64,000 nt of DNA, taken from contig OZ024741.1 of NCBI GenBank assembly GCA_964016885.1, forward strand, positions 190,464,001-190,528,000, written 5' to 3'. The position numbers were made by a program, and so were the translations under genes. Below, piece by piece: positions 53,736 through 64,000 of the stretch (the first letter of the stretch is position 1; the number at the start of each line of letters is the position of its first letter). The notes under the pieces were generated by a model. The model was not told where the DNA came from and made no database searches. It worked only from the letters and a program-made list of their open reading frames with translations. The DNA is from Eledone cirrhosa. Its lineage: Eukaryota.

Positions 53736-53888
53736 TCCTACTCTAAGGTGTAACCTATCATTTTATCGATACATTCTTATTGAGTGCTTCGTGCAAATCT
53801 GAATTGTTACTTACAGATATTGGCCGAATGCCATAACTTCGCTTTTACTAACCTTCCACTAGTGTGTGTATAAATAAATATATATCAT

Positions 53889-53927
<39 letters not shown>

Positions 53928-53929
53928 GA

Positions 53930-53978
53930 GATTCTACAGGACTAGAACTGTTTCATTCTTTAGAAATCATCAGGAATC
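53930..53978 (-). ncRNA. Type-I hammerhead motif (family D), sense to host pre-mRNA
   Basis: GAUUC CUGAUGA U UUC-uaaa-GAA U GAAA CAG-uucuaguc-CUG UA GAAUC; 5-bp stem I, 4-bp stem III, GUA triplet. Confidence 0.7.
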
Positions 53979-54034
53979 ATAATTACTGTGGTTACCTCCG
54001 ATTCAACCCGGAATAAAGTGTATATATATATATA

Positions 54035-55780
54035 TCATCATCATCATCATCACCGTTTTACGTCCGTTCTTCCATGCTAGCATGGGTTAGACGGGTTGTC
54101 CTGTTGTGGGCAGTGTCTGGTCGGTGGACCATGCCTTGCTCATACAGGAACTGATTTTGGCTTGATTTCTACAGCTGGATGCCCTTCCTAACACCAACCT
54201 CATTTACAGTGAGTGTTGGGTGCTTTTTTCCGTGGCGCCTACATGTCCACTTTACAGTGTGGGCTGGGTGCTTTTTTGCTGTGGCACCTCCACGACCACC
54301 TTGCAGTGGGAGGATGTGGGGGCATATTGTCTATATGCCTCAGCTTGTACCCATGGGAGGTCGGGTACTCTGTATTACTGAGTGACGCCAGAGGTCACGG
54401 TCGTGTGTCATCGCCTTTGAGAGGTGTAATTGGGTAAGGTCGGCTTTTATCACCTAATCCCAGGTCTTCTTGGGTCTCCCCACTCCGCGGTTTCCATTGA
54501 CTTCTAGTGCTCTGCACCTTTTTATGCAGCTGTCATCCTTCATATGCATCACATGTCCATACCAACGCAACCGCCTCTCCTGCACACAGCAGTCTCTCTC
54601 TTATGCTCAGTCTCTCTCTCAATTCATTTATGCTTTGTCGTTCACGTATATTATTATTACACATCCATTGGAGCATGCAGGCTTTGTTTCTTTCTAATCT
54701 ACGCAAGTCTTCCACCTTCAGCGCCCAGGTCTCACTACCATGTAACATTGCTGTTCGGATACACGCATCATACAGTCTGCTTTTCATTTTGAGGGAGAAG
54801 CCTTTTGCAGCTAACAGTGGCAGTAGTTACCTGAACTTCTTCCATCCCGTTCTTACCCTAGTTATTGTACTTTCTGAACACCCACCTCCGCTGCTAATTC
54901 GGTCACCTAGGTAGCAGAAGCTGTTTACTGTTTCTACAGAGCCCTCCCAGAGATTGGTGGTACTTGTTTCCTGTGGCTGTTTGCCGCTTGCTGTCCCAGC
55001 ACTGCTGCTGCATGTGAAGCCTACATTCTTAATTAAACTTCCTGAGATCCCGCTACATCTCTTGTGTACCCATTGTTTGCATTTGGGAGAGAGAATGGAA
55101 TTCCTACCTACACCTTTCCTACATATTGAGCAAGGCCATTTCCCTGAGGGGATCTGGGTTGTGCTTTCTTGTCTACTGTCAAGGACCTTAGTCTTTGTCA
55201 TGTTGACTTTGAGACACTTTCTTTCTAGTCCCTGCTTCCAAGTTTGGAATTTCTTCTCTAGTTCTACCATAGATTCAGCTATAAGTGCGAGGTCATCAGC
55301 ATACAGGAGTTCCCATGGGCATCCGGTCTTAAACTCGTCTGTTATTGCCTGCAGGACTATGATGAACAGGAGAGGGCTAAGAACAGAGCCCTGGTGGACA
55401 CCAACCTGTACGCTAAATTCCTCGCTATACTCATTGCTAATCCTAAATTTGCTGACTGCTCCCCTATATATGGCTTGTACAGCTTTCACAAGCCATTCAT
55501 CTACTCCTAGTTTTCTAAGAGCCCACCAGATTACAGCACGTGGAACTCTGTCAAAGGCTTTCTCGAGATCGACGAATGCCAGGTAGAGTGGCTTACTTTT
55601 AGCTAGGTACTTTTCCTGTAACTGCCTCACAAGGAAGAGGGCATCAGTGGTGCCTATTCCTAGTACAAACCCAAAATGCATCTCATATATTTTCACTCGG
55701 TCCCTAATCAACTGTGCTATAACTCTTTCTGTTACTTTCATGACCTGGTCCATCAGCTTTATACCTCTATAGTTTCCTCC
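54035..55780 (-). mobile_element. 5'-truncated RTE LINE (different subfamily)
   Basis: ORF 54827-55786 with NYRGIKL, VDLEKAFDRVPR, YADD; 3' UTR also seen alone at ~26910-27195 (+). Confidence 0.93.
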
Positions 55781-55883
55781 ACACATGCGTGTGTATGTGT
55801 ACCAGTTTTTACTCTCTTTCAGAGGAATGGAATAGTTTGTTGTATGTAGTTTAGAAAGATGTCAAAGTCAGTGTAGTGTTTAC

Positions 55884-55975
55884 CTGTATCAGCTGATTGA
55901 GTAAGACTGCATCATAGCCAGAGAGATATTGTACATAAAACCGTTGGATCACTTGGTTATATTTCCTTACTAGGG
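55884..55975 (-). CDS. NCKAP1: NCKAP1/Hem exon: (A)[30 protein letters not shown]
   Basis: 92 nt; acceptor ttttcaag, donor gtaaac. Confidence 0.95.
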
Positions 55976-56108
55976 CTTGAAAATAAGATTAAGATGATAA
56001 TGATGATGATTATAAAAGAGAAAATGACTTGTAACACCAAAAATATCATTTGAAATGGAAAAGACAGATGATGAAAAAAAAACAAAAAAAACATGGGAAT
56101 TTGTTTAC

Positions 56109-56149
56109 CTTTTAATTCTTCCATGTAAAATAATAATTCAGGAATTTGT
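56109..56149 (-). CDS. NCKAP1: NCKAP1/Hem 41-nt exon: (R)QIPELLFYMEELK(A)
   Basis: Acceptor ttcacag, donor gtaaac; bridges phase 2 to 1 exactly; matches the ELIFYMEEL motif. Confidence 0.93.
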
Positions 56150-56685
56150 CTGTGAATGTCAAGCAGAAAGAATGAGTACGATACAAGAATAATAAAAATA
56201 ATAATATATTACTGGTAAATATTGTTTCAAAACCAACAGACATATTTTCAGAAATGAAGAGGTCTGATAAGATAGATAAATAGATACATACATACATTCA
56301 TCTATATTATAAAGCTATATTCCAAGTAAGAAAGTGAGGGTATCTTTGTCTTCTAAATTTCGTTAAAAGATTAAAGATATTTTATCGTTTATTTAAATAT
56401 TCACTTCTTTAAAATTTTCAAATATCAATACTTCCAGTTATACAACATTCCTCTCTCTTTCATAGTCTGTCTTTTTAGATAGATAATAGCTATAACATCG
56501 CACCCTTATAATATGTCTCTGTATCTCTGGCTGTCTGCATTAGATACATAGCTATAACGTTGCACGCTTATAACATCTGACTGTCTGACTGCCTGTCTGC
56601 ATTGACTTCGCTTCTAACCAACTTTTAATTAATTCAGTGCAAAGATACCGCACGCCCTCTCAATAATTAACTATATATATGTATA

Positions 56686-57772
56686 TCATCATCATCATCA
56701 TCATCAACGTTTAACGTCCGTGTTCCACGCTTGCATGGGTTTGGACGGGGGTAGTCCCACTTGAGGCAAGAGTGATTGTCTTGCTCGCATAGGACTGTCT
56801 GGCAGGTTTTCTACAGTTGGATGCCCTTCCTAACACCAACCACATTTACAGTGTGGGTCTGGGAGGTTTTTACCGTGTTGCCTACACGGCCACATTACAG
56901 CGTGGACTGTATGTTTTTTTGTCGTGACACCTACACGATCTCATTTGTTTCGGCCTGGATGGCGCGGCACCAACATAACTTTACATAGAACGGGGTGGTG
57001 TGGATGGGGTGGGGGTGGCGGCGGGAGGGGTGTATTTTGTTAGAGATGCCTACTGGCAAGGCGGGTCTTCTCTGTTACTGAGTACCGCCAAAGGTCACGG
57101 TCCAGTGACATTGTCTTGGAGAGGTGTAAGTGTGTGAGGTCGGAGTTTATCAGCTCATCCCATGTTTTTCTAGGTCTGCCTATTCCGTGGCTACCGTCTA
57201 TCTTTATTGCCCTGCACTTTGTAATACAGCTATCGACTTTCATGCGCATCACGTGTCCATACCAACGCAGCCTTCTCTCGAGTAAACAACATCTGATCCC
57301 TCTTATCTCTAATTTTTTCCTTAGTTCGTTTATGCTTTGCCGTTCACGTATATTACTGTTACACATCCAGCGGAGCATGCAAGCTTCGTTCCTCTCTAGT
57401 CTGCGTATATCCTCTGCACACAATGCCCAGGTCTCACTACCATGCAACATTGCTGTTCGTATGCAGGCATCGTACAACCTGCCTTTCATTTTTAGGGAGA
57501 ACCCTTTAGCAGCTAATAGAGGTATAAGCTCTCTGAACTTTTTCCAACCAGTACTGACTCTAGCTACAGTACTTTCAGAGCACCCTCCCCCACTGCTGAT
57601 TTTATCGCCCAGGTAACGGAAGCTGTCCACTATTTCTATAGAACCCTCTGCGCAATTGAAAGAGCTAGTATTTTGTGGGCACTTGCTGCTACTTATTGCA
57701 CCAGAACACCGGCCACATGTAAAGTCTATGTTCTTAGTTAGCTTACCTGTGATCCCACTACATCTTTTATAC
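56686..57772 (-). mobile_element. Young RTE 3' fragment
   Basis: ORF 57040-57774 nearly identical in protein to the C-terminal part of 50693-51835. Confidence 0.94.
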
Positions 57773-58236
57773 AAATTTTATATATAATTAGTAATAATAA
57801 TTTTATATATAATTAGTAATAATAATAAATGTGAAGACTAAAATCCAAAGAGGGCTCAATAAGGATAAATATATATCAAATATATAAGAACCCTAGAGCA
57901 AATATTGTTTTCATTGCTGACATATTATCTTTGCTTTTTTCCATTCATTGCCAGGGAACGTCTTCACGCACCAAAGTAACGTCTTCCTGTTTTCCTTCGG
58001 TTGCAACGTTTTTCGAAATATTTACTTCTGCGTTCACAGATTGATTTTTTTAGTTTCAGAAGATCCTGTTAAGGGTGAAAGTAGCTATTCTTTGCTTAAA
58101 CTTTAATCTGTTATTTTAATATATATATATAATTATATATTCGTGTACAGATATTTTTGCATACAAAAACAAAATATAAACAAACATATTTATTTCATGA
58201 AAGCACAGACGGCTTATCGTCATTGTTACTGTTGAT

Positions 58237-58512
58237 ATGCCACCCAAAAAGTCCCAGCTTGGCTGCAAGATCAGATTTTCCAGAAGAAAAAATGTTACTA
58301 GAGCAACAGAGAGACTAAGCTTCGCGATTACCATCAACAAAGCTCAGGGTCAAACCCTAAAAGTAGCTGGCCTTCATCTGGGAAAACCATGTTTCTCCCA
58401 TGGTCAATTGTATGTAGGATGCTCTAGGGTGAGCTCTCCAAACAATCTCTTCATCTTTGCTCCCGAGGGCCGAACAAAAAATATTGTATACTCTGAGGCT
58501 CTAACAATGTAA
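58237..58512 (+). mobile_element. Helitron RepHel remnant (PIF1-like helicase C-terminus)
   Basis: LSFAITINKAQGQTLKVAGLHL.KPCFSHGQLYVGCSRV...TKNIVYSEAL. Confidence 0.88.
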
Positions 58513-58669
58513 TTTATGTATTTTCTGTTACTTGGAATTTCCATTATGGTTATACAAATTATTGTAAAGTTTGTTAAAAAATTTGTTCTCTGTTCAGCCT
58601 TTATTGTTGTAAGTATCAATTTTCTTTAACATACTGGCTGCTGAACTGGGGAATCCTAAAAATGATTCA

Positions 58670-59605
58670 AACCCAACATCATGGCCCTTTGTCATCACCT
58701 CCATGAGCTTCAGTGATCTAAGGTCTGCTCTCACCAGCTCCACCAATGTTTTTCGTGGTCTTCCTCGACTGCATCTTCTTTCTACTGGGATGTCTTGGCA
58801 CTTCTTTACACAGAGGTCATCTTCCATGCGCATCACATGTCCATACCAACACACTCTTCTCTCCCACACACTACAGCTTATCCCTCTTATACAGTTTCTC
58901 TCTCAACTCATCTATGCTTGGTCGTTCATGCACATTGACATTGCACATGCAACGGAGCATGCTTGCTTCATTTCTCTCCGGCTGTTGTATGCCCATGTCT
59001 CACTACCATGCAGCATTGCGCATCTCACACAGGCATCATATAACCGGCCTTTCATTCATAGGGAGAAACCCTTCTTTGTCAACAGAGGAAGCAGCTCCCT
59101 AATCTTCTTCCAACCTGTCCTTATACTAAATACTATGGCCTTGGGGCACTCTCCTCCCTTGCTAATCTGATCATCTAGGTATTGGAAGTTATCAACCACC
59201 ACCATAGATCCTACCTGCATTTGAAAAGTGTGTCTATCACTGTGACTTCTACTGTCAAATTTCCATGAACGTCTACGGCATATGTAGTTTTCCCTACCTG
59301 TTAGTTTGCCCGCTATCCCACTACATCTCTTGTGTACCCAAGATCTGCATTGCGTACATTCTATAGAATTTATGCCAACTCCTTTTCTACATATCGAACA
59401 TGGCGATATCCCTGATGGAATCAGAGTATTGTCCTCTTTTCTACTTATCAACACTTTAGTCTTAGCTAGGTTCACTCTCAGTTCTCTTGATTCCAACTGC
59501 TGTTTCCATAGCCAGAATTTATTCTCTAGCTCCTCTACTGATTCTGCTATAAGTACCCGATCATCAGCATAGAGAAGTTCCTATGGGCAGCCAGTCTTAA
59601 ACTCC
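58670..59605 (-). mobile_element. RTE RT C-terminal fragment
   Basis: LLYADD, VNLAKTKVL, CSICRKGVG, WYGHVMRM. Confidence 0.9.
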
Positions 59606-59609
59606 TTCA

Positions 59610-59822
59610 ACTCCCAAATCACTAAAACACATTCTCACTGGAACAAAGATACACAAACCTATCTCCAACCTTACGGTAACAAAATGCAGTAGAACAAACT
59701 GTAGCACATACCTATACTTAATTGAGGGACAAAAATTCACGTTTAAAGATGGCCAAACTTTCACAGTGAAAAACAACTTAACTTGCAACTCGGAGAACCT
59801 GATCTATGTAATCACATGCTAT
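59610..59822 (+). mobile_element. Penelope-like element fragment: Cys-rich linker and start of GIY-YIG endonuclease
   Basis: TPKSLKHILT...KCSRTNCSTY...FTVKNNLTCNSENLIYVITC (my translation; not in ORF track). Confidence 0.75.
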
Positions 59823-59839
59823 ATAACTATATGGCACTC

Positions 59840-60900
59840 TCCACATGACGAACACTTCTCAATATGAAACCAGACTCTGGCATCCTGTGACTGGATGGCA
59901 CCACTATGAGGAGGGACAGGCCAGTTGGCCACACTGATCCCCTCTCACAGCAGAACCACAGTTTCGAAGCCCCGCACTGGTGACACCACTATGAGACGGG
60001 ACAGGCCAGTTGGCCACCCCAAATCCCTCGCACAGCGGCACACCAGCTTCGGTGCTGAGCACTCCGCATGTGATGGACACTTCTCAGTACGAAACCAGAT
60101 AACCACATGTGACTCCACCACATGACAAACTCTTCTCAGTACGTAAACACGTTGGCAGGGGGCCTGGTATTGGATGGCAGCTCTATGCGAAGAAGAGGCC
60201 AGTTGGAGCCCAGTACTGGATGGCATCGTTATGAGGAGCCTAACCCATCTCACAGTGTAGCCATAGTTTTGTGGCCCAGTATTGGATGGCACCACCATGA
60301 GGAGGGACAGACCAGGGGCCCGATACTGAATGATGCCGCAATGAGGAAGGATAGGTGTGGGACTACAGTATGGGAGCCTGGCTCACATTAGGAACACAGT
60401 TTTTGGAGCCCGGCACTGGAAGATATGACTATGGGAAAGGACAGGCCAATTTGGCCGCCCCGAACCACTCCCACAACGGCACACCAGTTTCGGGGCCTGC
60501 TACTCTGTGACAAACCCTTCTCAGCACAAAACCACCTTTTGAGCGTGCTTGGCGTTTGAATGGAACCACTATGCGAAGAGGTCAGTTGGAACCCAGTACT
60601 TGATGGCACTGATATGAGGCACTAAACCCAACTCACAGTGTAGTCATAGTTTGATGTGAAACTGGGTTGTCGCTGAGAGAAGGGTTCAGTGCGACCAACT
60701 GGCCTGCCCCTCCTCATTGTGGTATCACTGGTCCCTTCGCATAGTGGTGCCATCCAACGCCAAGCTCCCAAACTGTGGTTCTGCACCTGTCCCTTCTCAT
60801 AGTGGTGTCACCCAGTACCAGGGCTCCGAAAACATGATTCCGTTGTGAGACGGGTTTGGTGCAGCCAACTGGCCTGACCCTCCTCATAATGGAGTCATCC
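59840..60900. repeat. Complex repeat of reiterated modules, last ~240 bp inverted
   Basis: actggatggcaccactatgaggagggacaggccagttgg recurs; reverse-complement modules at ~60660-60900. Confidence 0.75.
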
Positions 60901-61072
60901 AGTTCCACACTGTAAATGTGGTTGGTGTTAAGAAGGGCATCCAGCTGTAAAATAACCAGCCAAATTTACAGTCCTTGCCGGAGAAAGGTGCGCCACATAG
61001 CGAAGCCTGGCCAGACTTGCTTCCCGGCATGGACGACCCATCTAACCCATGCAAGCGTGGAAAAATTGATGA

Positions 61073-61135
<63 letters not shown>

Positions 61136-61596
61136 TTAAAGTAGAGGATCTACTGCAAGCTTGGCAGTTACCTCTTAGAAGAGATATATATATATATATG
61201 GGGGGGGGGGGGGGGGGCTAAAACATAATATAAATAGTAATTATTTAGCCACAGATCAGCTCTAACCCTGCAGACACACAATGAAATGTATTCCAGCATG
61301 CCCACTCTGTCTTATATTCTGGATGTATCAAGAAATAATATAATATGTCCTTTCTATCTGAAGGTGCTAGGATATTATGGTGGATTTGACTGTTATTTCT
61401 AGCATGGTCAGAAACCACATAGCATCTCCATGTTGGTTCATTGTAGATATTCACTTTACATTTCTCATAAGAACTTTATTTTAAGGTGAAAACAACATAT
61501 ACAACTCTGTGATTTCCAGAGTTTACATTAAAATTGTTTTCAAAATAACACCAGAAAATAAAAACAAGAAAGAGTACAAACAAACTTCTAACTTAC

Positions 61597-61721
61597 CTAT
61601 CTATAAAGTCCTCTTGAGATAATTTTATGTTATGGCGTTTTGAAGGGGGATTATCAAAATGGCGCAATAACCAAAATATTTCATCTCGAGCCATTGATAA
61701 GGCCTGGAACACAAACAGAAC
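61597..61721 (-). CDS. NCKAP1: NCKAP1/Hem exon: [41 protein letters not shown](R)
   Basis: 125 nt; acceptor tttgtctag, donor gtaagt; phase 0 to 2. Confidence 0.95.
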
Positions 61722-62220
61722 CTAGACAAATAGACAAAACATTAAAAGTAATTAATTATTGAAAAACCAAAATGTGATTTAACACTTTTGTAGCCAATGA
61801 GGAGAAATGCCAAGCAAAAGCGAAAGAAGCAATAACTGAACCAGTCACATACACAATATTTACAACTATCTGAATACTGCAAGAGAAAGACAAACAATTT
61901 TAAAAACGGAAAGCAACAACGGATATGCAGAACTGAACACATAGGAAGGCAGGGTGACAAAAGTTAAAATGCAAGAGAGAAAAAAACAATAGAAACGCAT
62001 TTAAAAATAGTTGGAAAAATTACAAGTTAATAACAGGCACAAAGGGCCAGTTCAAATGTACAGTTTTACATAGTTTTGTGGGCCAATAAACACGACGACC
62101 ACTACGAGTTGCCATGACGTATGTTGGTGTGTGTGAGCTTGTGGTGAGTGCATTTGATGTGACGCAGTGTAGGAGGGAGGATTATGAGGCTCTGGTGTAA
62201 GAGCGTCTGTATAGGCCCGC

Positions 62221-62310
62221 TTAACTCTGTCTATGTTGGAAAGGACGCAGTAAGGTCCTGTGTCCATACACAGGACCTTACTGCATCCTTTCCAACATAA
62301 ACAGAGTTAA
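62221..62310. mobile_element. Palindromic TTAA-flanked mini-element (piggyBac-like MITE)
   Basis: 43-bp arms, 2 mismatches, 4-nt spacer ccat; both ends TTAA. Confidence 0.75.
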
Positions 62311-63254
62311 GGTGTGAGAGGGCTTTTCACAGAGTCATTAAGCATGTATTCACTACGCTTTCAACAACAAACCACCTGAAACTGCCCGTGGTTCTACAGT
62401 ATGACACTGTTTATTTTAAGGTGCTTATACTTATCTAAAAACCTTCCATTCATAATTTTATGTAAGTAGTTTTGTTAAGTCATGTTCCAAACGCCAGTTT
62501 AGTAATGAGAAAATTAGTTATTTTATTGAATTCCTCCAAATTGTTGGTTATTTTCAGAATATGGTATTGACAGGGTTAAACAGAACTTAACTGGTATTAA
62601 TTGCTTAGACTAAGGAAGAACCTTGAAGTTTGTCAAGTGAGATTTCAAACTGTCATTTTTTTTACGAAAGATTTCATACATATTGCTATTAGGACACTAA
62701 ACAAACTGTATACATTCTATATATTATAAAGATTTTCATTTTTATACAGGGAATATGGAAAAAAAAGAAAACTATTATTTATTTTTACTAACATTTTTGT
62801 TAAAATTTGAAATAAGTTGAAGAGATTAGAAACTGTTTTACAATTAAAGAGAAAACGGAAACATGGTTAAAAATAACTTCAGCATTTCATTAACCCTTTA
62901 GCATTCGCATTAATTTTCAAATGTCATGCTTATCTGTTCGCATTATTTTGAGTTCAAATCCTGCCAAGGTTAAATTTGCCTTTCATCCTTACGGGGTCGA
63001 TAAAATAAAGTTCCAGTAATGTACTGGGTAATTGCTGTCCTTGTGTCAAAAGTAGAAACAATTATTTTGAGTTAATCATACACAAGAGGGTTATCAATTT
63101 TATTTGTTCGTAATTTTCTTAATTTTCTATGTGCAGGCTTGAAATTTTGTCAGTAGATGTTTAAATATCAATAATTTACAATTATATTATTTTACTTGAT
63201 TTTGTTAAATTTGACTTTTATGGGCAGGTGAAATTAATTAATAGGGGCATTTAA

Positions 63255-63843
63255 AATATCAACCAGGTGCAAATACTGGTTTAATTTTAAATACGTTGTT
63301 TTCAGCATAATACTTGATATATAAGGATCACTAAACCTTATATCAGTGCTCCAGTAATTCCAGTCTTGGAAATTGTTTTATACTGAACATAATATTTACG
63401 GTAAAAAATGCTTGCATTTCCGCAGCATCTGTTGGTCGCCAAACAGATCGGGTTTTCCTCGATTTGAAATCTGTTGTTGTGCATATCGATTAATCTCTTC
63501 TGCCACAACTTCGAAGAAAGTTTGTGGTAAAAACAAAAAGAAATAATCTAGTGCTTTAGCATCGGGAGCTAATGTGTGTTGTGGACCAGTATTTTGAATA
63601 AAATCGGGAACATATATTGGTGGTATTTTTCAACCACGTTGCTGTAATATTTTCAATGGCGTCCTGGAGATCTCCTTCGTTTTCACTTTCAAAACAACAA
63701 TCATCGTCGGATGAAATTTCAGAAATGTAAACATCTGATTCATTTGAAGATAAATCACTAATATTATCTTTTGGTTCTTGTTCATTCTTAATGTCATCGT
63801 GTGTAAAACCTTCAAAGTCGGTATCGCTACTTTCACAAGCCAT
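63255..63843 (-). pseudogene. piggyBac (PGBD4-like) transposase N-terminal remnant
   Basis: Acidic N-terminus, then LDYFFLFLPQTFFEVVAEEINRYAQQ, WRPTDAAEMQAFF, YWSTD, NQYLHLVD across frameshifts. Confidence 0.82.
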
Positions 63844-64000
63844 GTTGATACACAAAAAATTTGTTCTACTTTCAATGTTAAAAAAACACATGTTGTTTTA
63901 AGTTGTTTCACTATATTAAGTGTTAATTTTCGTGGTAAGGGCCTAATCTCGCAGTAATTATCGAATTGACGAGATTTTGATGATAGTTTGTTTATTTTTA

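Noticed and set aside
53817-53860. Possible cassette exon on minus strand (tag|TGGAAG...ATCT|gtaagt)
   Set aside because: 44 nt would shift frame between two exons that already join in phase 0; no polypyrimidine tract; no NCKAP1 similarity.
58056-58090. CAGAAGA-stem-GAAA hammerhead-like string
   Set aside because: Core U missing and no stem I partner.

Overview
AT-rich, microsatellite-rich animal DNA. The SINE/RTE repertoire suggests an octopus or other coleoid cephalopod (inference). The whole window is the interior of one minus-strand gene, an NCKAP1/Nap1/Hem orthologue (WAVE regulatory complex). I traced 15 coding exons from 61721 down to 12789. All have GT-AG ends and compatible phases, giving 1621 nt (about 540 codons) with no stop; the gene continues past both window edges. 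The introns hold about a dozen RTE LINE copies with a PHD-like finger inside ORF2, two CR1-group LINEs, a CRE-clade fragment, Penelope-like remnants, a complete defective Tc1 element, piggyBac and Helitron remnants, two tRNA-SINE families and several minisatellites. The least expected signals are (1) several type-I hammerhead ribozyme motifs from distinct repeat families, one pair showing covariation and two well-formed ones in the sense of the host pre-mRNA, and (2) many short-spacer fold-back inversions, including a ~450-bp near-perfect palindrome. Most ORF-track entries are TE fragments, antisense shadows or microsatellite artefacts.
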